From an uncultured Desulfovibrionales bacterium (GTDB lineage: Bacteria > Desulfobacterota > QYQD01): a stretch of DNA of 35,585 nucleotides. The DNA lies in assembly GCA_964435205.1 (NCBI GenBank), contig CAYSYZ010000004.1, positions 1 to 35,585 of the forward strand, written 5' to 3'. This document shows positions 19,176 through 28,640 of the stretch, piece after piece (position 1 is the stretch's first letter; every line of letters starts with the position of its first letter). Under the pieces are notes generated by a model. It was not told where the DNA came from, did not search any database, and saw only the letters and a list, made by a program, of their open reading frames with translations. Made by a program: the position numbers and the translations under genes.

Positions 19176-19697
19176 TTGGAGATGAAGAAACCCTTCCGTG
19201 TATTCTTTACACAAACCAAAATTAACTCCATCCATTTCGCCTTGTTGTCCACCCATAAAGGCGTATGCCATATAGGTTTCACAGATAGCCATGTTCGTAA
19301 CATACCAGAAAAAACATTCGGAAACGTCGTAACACTAGAAGAAAACACCGAGACACACCGGTCGCTTATTAACCAGATCAGCGACTATTTGGCAGGCAGA
19401 CTGCATATATTTTCGGTACCCACGGACATAAAAGGAACCACTTTCCAGAACACGGTCTGGGAAGCTATAAGGACTATCCCCTATGGCGAAACGCGTTCTT
19501 ACCAAGAAATAGCCAAGGCTATAGGCAAATACACGGCGGCCCGCGCTGTAGGACAGGCAGCTGCCGCCAATCCTGTGCCCCTTATAATACCCTGCCATCG
19601 CGTCATGGGAGCCTCTGGTAAACTCACCGGCTTTAGTGCAGGCCTGAAAATGAAAGCGAAGCTGCTCTCCCTGGAAAATTCGTTTAAGGAGAAATAA
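19176..19697 (+). CDS. ogt: Methylated-DNA--protein-cysteine methyltransferase (Ogt/Ada C-domain)
   Basis: Active-site PCHRV and helix-turn-wing [11 protein letters not shown]. The start is ambiguous (TTG 19176 versus ATG 19182). Confidence 0.85.
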   Translation: MEMKKPFRVFFTQTKINSIHFALLSTHKGVCHIGFTDSHVRNIPEKTFGNVVTLEENTETHRSLINQISDYLAGRLHIFSVPTDIKGTTFQNTVWEAIRTIPYGETRSYQEIAKAIGKYTAARAVGQAAAANPVPLIIPCHRVMGASGKLTGFSAGLKMKAKLLSLENSFKEK

Positions 19698-19699
19698 TT

Positions 19700-21880
19700 A
19701 TGCCCATCCCTAAGACCAAAGTGAAACTGACCGCAAATGCCCTTACTGTTCTGCAAAAACGGTATCTCAGAAAAAATGAGCACGGCGAAATTACGGAAAC
19801 ACCGGAAGAGATGTTCCGACGAGTGGCTCACGCGGTTGCAGCTGCGGATGCTATTTATGACCCAAAGGTTGATCTCAAGAAAACAGAGGATGCTTTTTAC
19901 CACATGATGACCAGCCTTCGTTTCATGCCTAACTCACCCACCCTGATGAATGCCGGTCGTAGTCTGGGGCAGCTGGCCGCCTGTTTCGTTTTACCCATAG
20001 AAGATTCCATAGACAGCATCTTTGAGGCCATCAAGCAAACCGCCATAATCCACAAAAGTGGCGGGGGGACCGGCTTCTCTTTTTCCCGTATCCGTCCGGC
20101 AAATGACGTAGTGCACACCACACAAGGAATATCAAGCGGCCCTGTTTCCTTTATGACCGTTTTCGACGTAGCCACAGAGACTATCAAGCAAGGAGGCACC
20201 CGTCGTGGCGCTAACATGGGGATACTCCGCATAGACCATCCGGATATAGAACAATTCATAAATGCCAAACAGGCCACAGATAAACTCAGTAACTTCAATA
20301 TATCAGTCGCCATAACCGCCGACTTCATGCAGGCGCTGGCCGAAGGCAAAGACTATGACCTTATCAACCCGCGGAACGGACAAAAAGTAATATCCGTCCC
20401 GGCCACTCAGATTTTTAATCAAATTGTGGAAGCCGCCTGGTCCACGGGCGAGCCGGGGGTGATCTTCCTCGACCGCATAAACCGGGACAACCCTACACCG
20501 CAACTGGGCGAGATAGAGGCTACCAATCCCTGCGGCGAACAGCCTCTGCTCCCCTATGAAGCCTGTAACCTCGGTTCCATAAACCTATCTCGCTTTGTTA
20601 AGGCCGGCCAGGTTGATTACCCCGACCTCAAAAAAATAATACACCAGGTCGTACATTTCCTGGATAATGTTATAGACATCAATCGGTACCCGCTGCCTCA
20701 AATCGAATCCATGAGTAAGGCCAATCGCAAGATAGGCCTTGGAGTAATGGGATTTGCCGATCTGCTGGTACGCCTGGGCATCCCTTACAATTCAGAAGAA
20801 GCGGTTAACCAGGCCGAAGCGATCATGCCTTTTATTTCGCGTGAATCCAAACTGGCCTCTGCTGAGCTGGCTAAAAAACGTGGCAATTTCCCAAACTACA
20901 AAGGCAGCATCTATGATAACCCCAAAACCCCCTTTATGCGCAATGCTACCACTACCACTATTGCCCCCACTGGTACTATCAGTATTATTGCCGGGTGTTC
21001 CAGCGGTATAGAACCTCTTTTTGCCATCTCCTTTGTGCGCCGCGTACTGGATGGAAGCGAGCTTCTCGAAACACATCCCGGTTTCAAGGAACAAGCCAAG
21101 GAAGCAGGTATTCTCACAGATGAGCTTATGAAGACAATTGCCGAAAGCGGCTCTATTCAGGATATCCCGGAGATCCCGGATTCATTGAAGAAAGTTTATG
21201 CAACGGCTATGGACATAAGCCCGGGATGGCATATTCGGCTCCAGTCCGCTTTTCAAAAGTATACAGACAATGCCGTGTCCAAGACCATCAATTTTCCGGC
21301 GACAGCTTCTGTGGAAGAGGTGCGTAAGGCCTATCTTCTGGCGTACGAGCAAGGATTGAAAGGCCTGACCATCTATCGATACGGTAGCCGACAGGGTCAA
21401 GTACTTAGCTTCAAGAAGGCAAAAGAAAAAAAAGAAATTATACCCAGACCGAGACCGGTCCGCACCATGGGTGTTACGGAACGAATGCACACCGGCTGCG
21501 GCAACCTATACATCACCATTAATTCAGACGAAGAGGGAATATGCGAAGTCTTTGCCCAGATAGGCAAGGCTGGCGGCTGTGCTGCCTCTCAGATAGAAGC
21601 CGTAGGCAGATTAATCTCCTTGGCCCTGCGGTCGGGAGTTAAGGTGGAATCGATTGTCAAACAACTGTCGGGGATACGTTGCCCCTCACCTATATGGGAT
21701 AAAGGTAAGATGATCCTCTCCTGTCCGGACGCCGTTTCCCGCGCCATAGCCGCGGTTACAAATATCACTATCCTCCCGCATGAAAGGACCATGGGAGCCT
21801 GCCCGGACTGTGGCAGCTCACTGGAATCCGAAGGCGGCTGCCTCGTATGCCGATCGTGTGGATTTTCTCGATGCGACTAA
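19700..21880 (+). CDS. nrdJ: Class II (adenosylcobalamin-dependent) ribonucleotide reductase NrdJ with a C-terminal Cys4 zinc-ribbon tail
   Basis: 726 aa with RNR motifs ([29 protein letters not shown]) and a C-terminal CPDCGS...[17 protein letters not shown] inside the ogt 3' end. Confidence 0.9.
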   Translation: MPIPKTKVKLTANALTVLQKRYLRKNEHGEITETPEEMFRRVAHAVAAADAIYDPKVDLKKTEDAFYHMMTSLRFMPNSPTLMNAGRSLGQLAACFVLPIEDSIDSIFEAIKQTAIIHKSGGGTGFSFSRIRPANDVVHTTQGISSGPVSFMTVFDVATETIKQGGTRRGANMGILRIDHPDIEQFINAKQATDKLSNFNISVAITADFMQALAEGKDYDLINPRNGQKVISVPATQIFNQIVEAAWSTGEPGVIFLDRINRDNPTPQLGEIEATNPCGEQPLLPYEACNLGSINLSRFVKAGQVDYPDLKKIIHQVVHFLDNVIDINRYPLPQIESMSKANRKIGLGVMGFADLLVRLGIPYNSEEAVNQAEAIMPFISRESKLASAELAKKRGNFPNYKGSIYDNPKTPFMRNATTTTIAPTGTISIIAGCSSGIEPLFAISFVRRVLDGSELLETHPGFKEQAKEAGILTDELMKTIAESGSIQDIPEIPDSLKKVYATAMDISPGWHIRLQSAFQKYTDNAVSKTINFPATASVEEVRKAYLLAYEQGLKGLTIYRYGSRQGQVLSFKKAKEKKEIIPRPRPVRTMGVTERMHTGCGNLYITINSDEEGICEVFAQIGKAGGCAASQIEAVGRLISLALRSGVKVESIVKQLSGIRCPSPIWDKGKMILSCPDAVSRAIAAVTNITILPHERTMGACPDCGSSLESEGGCLVCRSCGFSRCD

Positions 21881-21881
21881 G

Positions 21882-22565
21882 ATGAAAATCTATCGTCTGC
21901 ATCCCTGGCATCTATCGCCAAAAGAAGCGGTAAGACTGCAGGAAAGGCTTGGTCCCTTACTGAAGCTTTCACCATTAGAAGACAAGTCTATCTTTACGGT
22001 TGCTGGGGCAGATATTTCTTATTGCCAGAAAAAAAAAGTTCTTTACGCCGGCGTAGTCGTTCTAAGCTTTCCGGACTTGCGCCTGCTAGCGGAAACCGGT
22101 CATCGTCAAAAGGCTACTTTTCCCTACGTCCCCGGCTTGCTGTCCTTCCGGGAAGCTCCTCCCATACTGAAGGTGTTTGCAGGAATCAAAACAATACCTC
22201 AAATAGTATTTTTGGATGGCCAGGGAATAGCTCACCCACGGGGTATAGGACTGGCTTCCCATGTTGGCCTATTTCTCGACATACCAACCATCGGCTGCGC
22301 CAAGAAAAAACTTGTCGGCACTTTTTCAGAAGTGGGAAATAGAAAAGGAGATTTCAGCTACCTGGTCTATGAAGGCCAAAGGGTTGGAGCCGTCCTGCGA
22401 ACCAGGAACGGCGTAAAGCCCATTTTTATATCGCCAGGGCATAAAATCGATATTGACACGGCCGTAAAGCTTACCCTGGCCTGCATAACGCGCTACCGCA
22501 TACCAGAACCCACACGCCTCGCCCACTTGTTTGTAAACCGCATGCGCCGCCAGGACGATCCATAG
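21882..22565 (+). CDS. nfi: Endonuclease V (deoxyinosine 3' endonuclease)
   Basis: Start set at ATG 21882 (MKIYRLHPWHLSPKEAVRLQ...), 1 nt after the nrdJ stop. Nfi motifs are present (GADISY, YVPGLLSFRE, DGQGIAHPRGIGLASH). The track's upstream extension overlaps nrdJ and was rejected. Confidence 0.85.
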   Translation: MKIYRLHPWHLSPKEAVRLQERLGPLLKLSPLEDKSIFTVAGADISYCQKKKVLYAGVVVLSFPDLRLLAETGHRQKATFPYVPGLLSFREAPPILKVFAGIKTIPQIVFLDGQGIAHPRGIGLASHVGLFLDIPTIGCAKKKLVGTFSEVGNRKGDFSYLVYEGQRVGAVLRTRNGVKPIFISPGHKIDIDTAVKLTLACITRYRIPEPTRLAHLFVNRMRRQDDP

Positions 22566-22568
22566 TCT

Positions 22569-23558
22569 TCACTTGTCCTCAGCTCTGGTCTTTTTGCCCT
22601 TGCTGCAGACTTTCTCCTGGGACAAGACTCTTGCGAAATTGGCCTTGAATTGCGCAGCGGTTCCTTTGGGCACATTCAAAACATAGTGACCTGGAGGGAT
22701 GACGTAGTTCCTTATCTCCGGGTTCATTTCCTTGATGGCCTTGAAGGTTGTAGCGCAGGCACTAGCAATAAGGCGTAGGCGAACCTGCTCCGGCGCATCA
22801 AACTCGATACGCTCGCACTCCGCGGGCGAGTACAGACTCTCAGAGGGGAGCTGATAATTATAAAGGGCGGGGGCACTGCGAATGATCTTAGCGGCCAATA
22901 TTCGAAAGATATAGCGTTCCGTCTCTAAAGGCAGATTCAGGTCATAAAAGCTGTTGATGTTTTGCTCGCTGATTTCCCTGTTTATCCTGTCTTCTCCGCA
23001 ATTATATGCCGCCATGGCTAAAGGCCAGCTGCCGAACATCGGGTAAAGCTCGCCAAGATAGTTAAGCGCGGCCTCCGTGGCGCGCTCAAAGTTCAACCGT
23101 TCATCAATCCACTCGTTTACTTTCAATCCATAGCGCTTTGCCGTCTTTTCCATAAATTGCCACGGGCCGACTGCTCCTGCGCCAGAAAAGGCATAGGTTT
23201 TGAGGGCGCTTTCAACGACGGCCACATACTTCAGGTCGTCTGGCATATTCCTTTCCTTTAGCTTCTTCTCAAGATACGGGAAGTAACGATGGGCACGCTT
23301 CATCCACATAATAACCTGGGCATGATCATAAACAGAAACAATAAACTCCCGATCCAGCATTTCCCAAACAGCCTGCCTTCCCAGGGGAACGGGTTCATCG
23401 CAGAGGCTAAGGCTACTGGGCAACTCAAAAACGGGTACCGGAGGACCGGTAACTTTGGTAGAAGACTGGCCGGTGATGAAAATTAAAAAAACTACCGCAA
23501 GGACAAAAAAACAACCTAAAGCGGCTACCCTTGAAAGGTTAAATCTGCAGCCAGACAT
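22569..23558 (-). CDS. Lytic transglycosylase (SLT domain) with N-terminal signal/anchor
   Basis: 329 aa with a hydrophobic N-terminus and an SLT catalytic region (VAVVESALKTYAFSGAGAVGPWQFM ... AAYNCGEDRI). Confidence 0.8.
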   Translation of the reverse strand: MSGCRFNLSRVAALGCFFVLAVVFLIFITGQSSTKVTGPPVPVFELPSSLSLCDEPVPLGRQAVWEMLDREFIVSVYDHAQVIMWMKRAHRYFPYLEKKLKERNMPDDLKYVAVVESALKTYAFSGAGAVGPWQFMEKTAKRYGLKVNEWIDERLNFERATEAALNYLGELYPMFGSWPLAMAAYNCGEDRINREISEQNINSFYDLNLPLETERYIFRILAAKIIRSAPALYNYQLPSESLYSPAECERIEFDAPEQVRLRLIASACATTFKAIKEMNPEIRNYVIPPGHYVLNVPKGTAAQFKANFARVLSQEKVCSKGKKTRAEDK

Positions 23559-23575
23559 TTTTTATCCTCATAAAA

Positions 23576-24622
23576 TTATCTCTTTGCAAAGTGATCATAC
23601 CCTTTATGGGTAATGTCTTCTTTACGCCCATCTCCCCGCAGGAATACGCCGGCCCCCTTCACAATCCTGCCCACACAAAACGGGCCGGCCTCAGTCAGGG
23701 ATTTTACCACTTTTTTAACCTTTTCGGCATTATCCGGGGAGACGGTAAACAGGAGGCCGTAATCCTCTCCTCCATAAAGCGCCCAGGTGAGCACAGAACT
23801 ATCAAATTTCCTGGCTAGCTTGCGACAGGCTCCAGAAATTGGGAGTCTCCCGGCATCAACCTCAGCCCCCACACCGCTCTCTTCCGCAATGTGTGCAAGA
23901 TCAGTAGCGAGACCGTCAGAAACATCGATCATGGCTGAAACCAGTTTATGCTCCGCCAGATGCCTGCCCAGTTCTACTTGTGGCACTGGATCCATCTGCG
24001 CCCTTATAAGTTGCCGATACGCAGTTCCTGTTTTATGTTCTTTTTCAAGTAACGCCAATCCGGCCGCAGCATCACCAAGGTAGCCAGAAACGAAAATGAG
24101 ATCTCCCTGCCTGGCTCCAGACCGAAAAACTATCTTTTCTCTGTAGCCTTTACCCAGTACAGTTACTGTCAGCATAACACCATGCGGACAGGAAACCGTG
24201 TCTCCGCCAATAATTGGCACCTTATAACGCTGACACCAAAATGTAAGGCCACGCAGCAACTTACGGGCAAAGGATACGGGCGTCTTTTCAGCGAGTGCAA
24301 GATTTAAAAAGGCGTGGGTCGGCACGCCCCCCATCGAAGCTATGTCACTCAGATTAACAGCTATGCTTTTTTTACCCAAAAGATAAGGTGTAGTATAGTC
24401 TAGTCGGAAATGGACGCCTTCAATCAATGTGTCCGTAGTTACGAGCAAGCATCGGCTATCGTCCACCGGAATTACAGCGCAATCTTCCCCGATGCCGCGT
24501 ATGACTCCCGGACTCTCCACGCGGGACAGGGCCTTTTTTACAATAGCCAAAAACTCCGGTTCACCTATCGCCTCTAAGTCAATGTCTGTGGGATGAGATT
24601 TCGGATCTGACCTTGTTTTCAT
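23576..24622 (-). CDS. thiL: Thiamine-monophosphate kinase
   Basis: 348 aa with a PurM-like fold pattern (GIGEDCAVI, TTDTLIEGVHF, GGDT, DVSDGL). Confidence 0.85.
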   Translation of the reverse strand: MKTRSDPKSHPTDIDLEAIGEPEFLAIVKKALSRVESPGVIRGIGEDCAVIPVDDSRCLLVTTDTLIEGVHFRLDYTTPYLLGKKSIAVNLSDIASMGGVPTHAFLNLALAEKTPVSFARKLLRGLTFWCQRYKVPIIGGDTVSCPHGVMLTVTVLGKGYREKIVFRSGARQGDLIFVSGYLGDAAAGLALLEKEHKTGTAYRQLIRAQMDPVPQVELGRHLAEHKLVSAMIDVSDGLATDLAHIAEESGVGAEVDAGRLPISGACRKLARKFDSSVLTWALYGGEDYGLLFTVSPDNAEKVKKVVKSLTEAGPFCVGRIVKGAGVFLRGDGRKEDITHKGYDHFAKR

Positions 24623-24640
24623 TCACCTGTCTTAACGTAA

Positions 24641-25063
24641 CTAATAATCGAATATCTCAAGAGCATTAAAAAAATAGGCAATCTCCGCACTGGCCGTCTC
24701 CGGGCCGTCAGACCCGTGAACAATATTTTGCTCTATGCTGGAGGCAAAGTCATGCCGGATAGTCCCAGGCTCAGCCTCCTTGTAATTGGTAGCACCCATC
24801 AGGTCACGATTCTTCTTTATGGCGTCTTCACCCTCCAGAACCATGACTATAATCGGTCCCGAAGACATAAAGTTGGTCAAACTGTCGAAAAATGGCCTGT
24901 TACGATGTACGGCGTAAAACCCTTCGGCCTCCCTCTTGCTCAAGCGTACCATTTTCATGGCCGCGATCCGGAACCCGTTATTTTCAAAACGTTTGACGAC
25001 TTCCCCCATAACTTTCTTTGAAACGCCGTCCGGCTTGATAATGGAAAGAGTACGCTCTATCAC
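24641..25063 (-). CDS. ndk: Nucleoside diphosphate kinase
   Basis: 140 aa: [18 protein letters not shown] and the active-site NIVHGSD. Confidence 0.95.
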   Translation of the reverse strand: MIERTLSIIKPDGVSKKVMGEVVKRFENNGFRIAAMKMVRLSKREAEGFYAVHRNRPFFDSLTNFMSSGPIIVMVLEGEDAIKKNRDLMGATNYKEAEPGTIRHDFASSIEQNIVHGSDGPETASAEIAYFFNALEIFDY

Positions 25064-25276
25064 CTGTAATCTCCTCCGGAAAATTGACCTTACGACCTAC
25101 CAAAAAACCCGCACCCTGTCAACTCAACCTTAGCACACAAAGACATCTTTGCTGCCCTTACAAGGCAACCTTCAACCTATTCCCTGACGGCTTAATGGCT
25201 GAAGATCATCTTCTTACAATCAAGGAGGCTTTGGAAGATAAAAAAACTGGCTGGCCCTTTAGTAGAAATCCGTCAA

Positions 25277-25816
25277 TCATTTGACTTTGATAAAATGAAA
25301 ACTTTCTTTTGCTTTTTTATCTATAAGCCCGACACCACATTGATTCTGGATCATTTCTATTATAATGATCCTATCTGGTGCTTCAAAATCAATCCTGGCT
25401 TGCTTTCCTGCCAATTCTAGCTGAGTTAGAAGCCATTCATCGAGCTCTTTTTCCGATACCAGGCTTGAAATCTTGCCTTTATATCCTCTCCTCTTAACCC
25501 GAACATAAACCTTTTCATCGCCGATTGTCTCAAGGTAGGGCGTAATAGCCTCTTTTGCGCGCTCCATAAAATTGGCAGCATTGAAAAAGAATGTACGGTC
25601 GATTGGAACTACCTGCCCCAACGCTTGCAGTCTTTGCGGTTCTGTCTGACTGATCTCCTTCAAATCTTCCAAAAAAGCCTGCACATCGTTTACCAGGCCG
25701 ATTAAGGTCCCCCGAAAGCCGGATTCTTCAAAAACGCCGAAGGGAAAAAGCAAGTTTTTTAAGGCCCTTTCCTGCCTTTCACCCGCAGTAACTATTACAT
25801 TCCAATTCTTCAGCAC
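25277..25816 (-). CDS. Stand-alone THUMP-like domain protein (putative RNA-binding)
   Basis: 179 aa. The pattern NVIVTAGE..., VVPIDR..., VYVRVKRRGYKGKISS.E.E ..., IDFEAPDRIIIIE resembles small archaeal/bacterial THUMP proteins. Assigned from memory of the family, not from a search. Confidence 0.5.
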   Translation of the reverse strand: MLKNWNVIVTAGERQERALKNLLFPFGVFEESGFRGTLIGLVNDVQAFLEDLKEISQTEPQRLQALGQVVPIDRTFFFNAANFMERAKEAITPYLETIGDEKVYVRVKRRGYKGKISSLVSEKELDEWLLTQLELAGKQARIDFEAPDRIIIIEMIQNQCGVGLIDKKAKESFHFIKVK

Positions 25817-25824
25817 CGATCAAA

Positions 25825-26202
25825 TTACCTCAGCTTCATTTCCCTGGCAGCCTGACATCGCGTGCAACGTGGTGCCTCCGGCATTATTTCCAGGCGCTTC
25901 ACACCAACAGGGCCACCGCATTCTATGCAAATGCCGTATTCGCCCCCTTCTATACGTAAGAGTGCCTCCTCAATTTCTTCTAACTCAGTTTTCTTGGGTT
26001 CAATCAACGTCAAAGTAGTCTCTTCCTCCAAATCAACAACAGATCGATCTTCTTCATCCAGGGCCGTTTTGGTCATATCTTGATATTCCTCACTAATTTC
26101 TCTCCTCAGCTGTTCACGGACCTCCTGCCATAGCTCTCTCTTCCTCTTTAATAGTCTTTCCTTGAAGGTCTCAATATCCTTGGCCGTTAGATTCGCTTTC
26201 AT
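25825..26202 (-). CDS. DksA/TraR-family C4 zinc-finger protein
   Basis: C-terminal CIECGGPVG...RCTRCQ four-Cys finger after an acidic coiled-coil. Start placed at ATG 26202 (GGAG 6 nt upstream). The ATG at 26208 is possible, and the track start at 26262 is unlikely. Confidence 0.75.
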   Translation of the reverse strand: MKANLTAKDIETFKERLLKRKRELWQEVREQLRREISEEYQDMTKTALDEEDRSVVDLEEETTLTLIEPKKTELEEIEEALLRIEGGEYGICIECGGPVGVKRLEIMPEAPRCTRCQAAREMKLR

Positions 26203-26503
26203 TTTCATCTCCTGTATCCGCCCAGATTTATATCGAATCCGAACTAACAGTAAAATTTCCAATCTGCCGTTATCACGACCAAGTCTATCAAAGAATCACC
26301 AATAAAGGAACACCTTATTTTGCTGCGAGCCTGCAAAAGGTTCCCTGAAGCCGCTGATCACTCCGTACGTCCCCAGGCAAGCAAAGGTTGTGCAAAAATA
26401 AGAAATATTGCCATACTTTTTACGTTAAGAACAGAAACGCGCCGGATAATACGTAAGCTGGGTCCTAAATAATAGAGAGGGAACAACGGGTGAACCTTCT
26501 GAC

Positions 26504-26980
26504 CTAATGGAGGTATCTTGGCTTCATCTCTTTTTCTTCTGTTTCATTTATCCCTGCCCTCAACTCCATAAGCGCACGGCAGTCGTTAAGCCTCTTAATA
26601 AATGCTTCCATATGCATATTAATGGTCTTTCGAGCTTCTATAAGCACATTTTGGCGCTTCAGATAATCGACATAAGCCTCGAGTATTTGCCTGTCTACGT
26701 CTGACAGAGAAACAAATTTAAGTCCGGCAAGCCACGCCCTTTCCTTTCTCTGCCACATAACTTCTCCTCTTATAAAGAGTGTATACATTCCCCGTGGCAA
26801 TTGAAGATAAAACTGGAGAGTCTCATCCCGGTGCGGCTCGCCCAGACAGACTATTTCAGCCCCATAAACGGAAAGACCGGTAAGATAAACATTTTTTACC
26901 CCTTCCATGCTTAGCTCCTGCGGCACGGAGAGTAGAACTTTTTCCCTGCAGTGCCTTTCACTTAGATCGTCACTATCCAT
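26504..26980 (-). CDS. PilZ-like domain protein with degenerate c-di-GMP motifs
   Basis: 158 aa with a beta-barrel-like pattern (GLSVYGAEIV ... RGEVMWQRKERAWLAGLKFVSLSDVDRQILEAYV) typical of PilZ C-termini. The RxxxR motif is replaced by RHCR, and D/NxSxxG by GLSVYG. Confidence 0.5.
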   Translation of the reverse strand: MDSDDLSERHCREKVLLSVPQELSMEGVKNVYLTGLSVYGAEIVCLGEPHRDETLQFYLQLPRGMYTLFIRGEVMWQRKERAWLAGLKFVSLSDVDRQILEAYVDYLKRQNVLIEARKTINMHMEAFIKRLNDCRALMELRAGINETEEKEMKPRYLH

Positions 26981-27027
26981 AACTTCCTGGATATCCTCCG
27001 CCTTGATGTCGGCACGATAGCCATGAC

Positions 27028-27675
27028 CTACATCATTTCAGAGACAGACTTGCTTTTGATAATTTTTTCTACCAAGTCACCCATAACCAGGTTGAGAGAG
27101 TGTTCTATCTCAGCTTCAGTTATAAATAAAAACTCCTCTGCTCGAAACCTGGCCTCAATGACCTCCTCTTTCACGACACGGTCACGCTTATTCCCCCAAT
27201 AAAGTCTCAATCGGGCTTTTCCAGCCAGTACGGGGAAAAGCGGGCTCCCGCCAACATCTCTTCCGCAGCTGAATTCTTCAATAATTCCGGCAAGTATGCC
27301 ATTTGCTGGAATAGCCGAGAACCCTTCTATGCTTTTATCCCAGGCTGGAACATCCACCACCCTGATACTGGCCTCCTGCATTCCCTTCTTTGCGGCTGCA
27401 GTAAACACCGTATCCAGACGTTCGTCCCTTAAATAATAAAAATCCTGCCCACCCAGTTTATTATATTCTTTAAAGAGAATTTTCCCCTCGGCACGCGTAT
27501 CTGTAAAAGGCACGAGAGCTATGGATAACGGCTCCTTTAAACCGTAATAAGAACGTAACGTCGTGGAGGGCCGGTAGCTTAATCCCACTTGAAATTTCCG
27601 GTCTACTGCACAACCCGAAAGAGTTATCAACACAGCGAGAGCCAACGCGATGAATAAGGCCATTGTTTTTCGCAT
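27028..27675 (-). CDS. Putative lipoprotein of unknown function
   Basis: Signal peptide plus lipobox (MRKTMALFIALALAVLITLSG-C). 215 aa. Family not recognised. Confidence 0.65.
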   Translation of the reverse strand: MRKTMALFIALALAVLITLSGCAVDRKFQVGLSYRPSTTLRSYYGLKEPLSIALVPFTDTRAEGKILFKEYNKLGGQDFYYLRDERLDTVFTAAAKKGMQEASIRVVDVPAWDKSIEGFSAIPANGILAGIIEEFSCGRDVGGSPLFPVLAGKARLRLYWGNKRDRVVKEEVIEARFRAEEFLFITEAEIEHSLNLVMGDLVEKIIKSKSVSEMM

Positions 27676-27837
27676 GCTGTTCTCCTCACCGGCGATTGCC
27701 AGCTTTCAACTTCTTATTGAAAACAGTATATACCCAAATGGCGCCCTTTTGCCAGAAATATTGTGTTGATATACCGCCCGGGAGCAGCAAAATAAACCTT
27801 GAAATTTCTTTTGGCATTGAGTAGAAGTACGCTAAGT

Positions 27838-27913
27838 GGGCGGTTAACTCAGTGGTTAGAGTGCCATCCTCACACGGTGGAAGTCGCAGGTTCGAATCCC
27901 GCACCGCCCACCA
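27838..27913 (+). tRNA. tRNA-Val (anticodon CAC), CCA encoded
   Basis: Hand-folded cloverleaf. Acceptor GGGCGGT/ACCGCCC; D arm ACTC-AGTGGTTA-GAGT; anticodon arm CCATC-CTCACAC-GGTGG (anticodon CAC); variable loop AAGTC; T arm GCAGG-TTCGAAT-CCCGC with one A.C mismatch; then A-CCA. Confidence 0.9.
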
Positions 27914-28155
27914 GATTTTTGCTCTGTGAAGACTTAAAGCGTTGGAGTATTCAAGATTGGAGCGATGGAGAAGGTCCACACGGCCTAATACTTTAATGGT
28001 CTCGCCTTTTGTTCCCTTCCTAACTAACAATAATATTACACCATCCCTGATCATCTTACGGATTTCTGGAGAGATTTGACGGTTTATACCCCATCTTGCG
28101 CAAGAAGAATATCCCAGACATGAGCGGTGGTCTGACACCCACGGGACGAGGTTTT

Positions 28156-28467
28156 ATGCACCTGAAAGAGTTCAAAACAGCCGCTTATGCGACTTTTGTT
28201 AGGTACAGGGGTGAGATACTGAACGAGGTCCTCCGGGTTCAGGACCTTATGCATATTCTTATGAGAGGCACACACTCCAGGTGGACAGAGGAAGACCTGG
28301 CCATTATGAAAAAACACTTCGCCCATATTGCCAAAAAGATACCCGCCTTGTCCATCTTGCTTCTACCCGGGGGACTAGTACTTTTACCCATCCTGGTCGA
28401 GGTACTGGAACGCCGAAAGAAAGACAAGTCTGTTTCCATAGACAGGCGATGTTCATCCGAACCCTAA
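28156..28467 (+). CDS. Hypothetical small protein with a C-terminal hydrophobic helix
   Basis: ATG at 28156 is preceded by GAGG 5 nt upstream; 103 aa. Contains a KKIPALSILLLPGGLVLLPILVEVL hydrophobic segment followed by a basic tail. No family recognised, so it could be non-coding. Confidence 0.35.
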   Translation: MHLKEFKTAAYATFVRYRGEILNEVLRVQDLMHILMRGTHSRWTEEDLAIMKKHFAHIAKKIPALSILLLPGGLVLLPILVEVLERRKKDKSVSIDRRCSSEP

Positions 28468-28552
28468 TGTGACCGCTAAAATAAAGAGGTGCCGCGGAGC
28501 AAAGGCTGGCTTGATTCTCCATTCCAGGTTCGCAAATATGTATCTGTAATCT

Positions 28553-28587
28553 TAGCGCCGCCCGCAAGGGCGGATGAGGATTGAAAC
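28553..28587 (+). repeat. Solitary CRISPR-repeat-like sequence (type I-C-like architecture); not an array
   Basis: TAGCGCCGCCCGCAAGGGCGGATGAGGATTGAAAC. It has a 6-bp GC stem CCGCCC/GGGCGG with a GCAA tetraloop (28558-28573) and a 14-nt tail ending GGATTGAAAC. I recall this tail as the characteristic 3' end of type I-C-like repeats. There is one copy only and no cas genes in the window. Confidence 0.5.
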
Positions 28588-28611
28588 CCGCAGATTTCTG
28601 TTTTAAAATCG

Positions 28612-28640
28612 TTGACAGACATGTGACATTATCATATCGT
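28612..28640 (+). promoter_or_regulatory. Sigma70-like promoter for larB-CDF
   Basis: TTGACA (28612-28617), 17-nt spacer, TATCGT (28635-28640). Implies a leader of about 78 nt before the GTG at 28725. Confidence 0.45.

Noticed and set aside
19700-21880. Intein or insertion in NrdJ
   Set aside because: The 726-aa length and uninterrupted conserved motifs fit an intein-free class II RNR. There are no Hint/endonuclease blocks.
27686-28138. 150-aa minus-strand ORF
   Set aside because: It runs antisense straight through the tRNA-Val gene (27838-27913), has no RBS and has an unremarkable composition. It is a read-through artefact.
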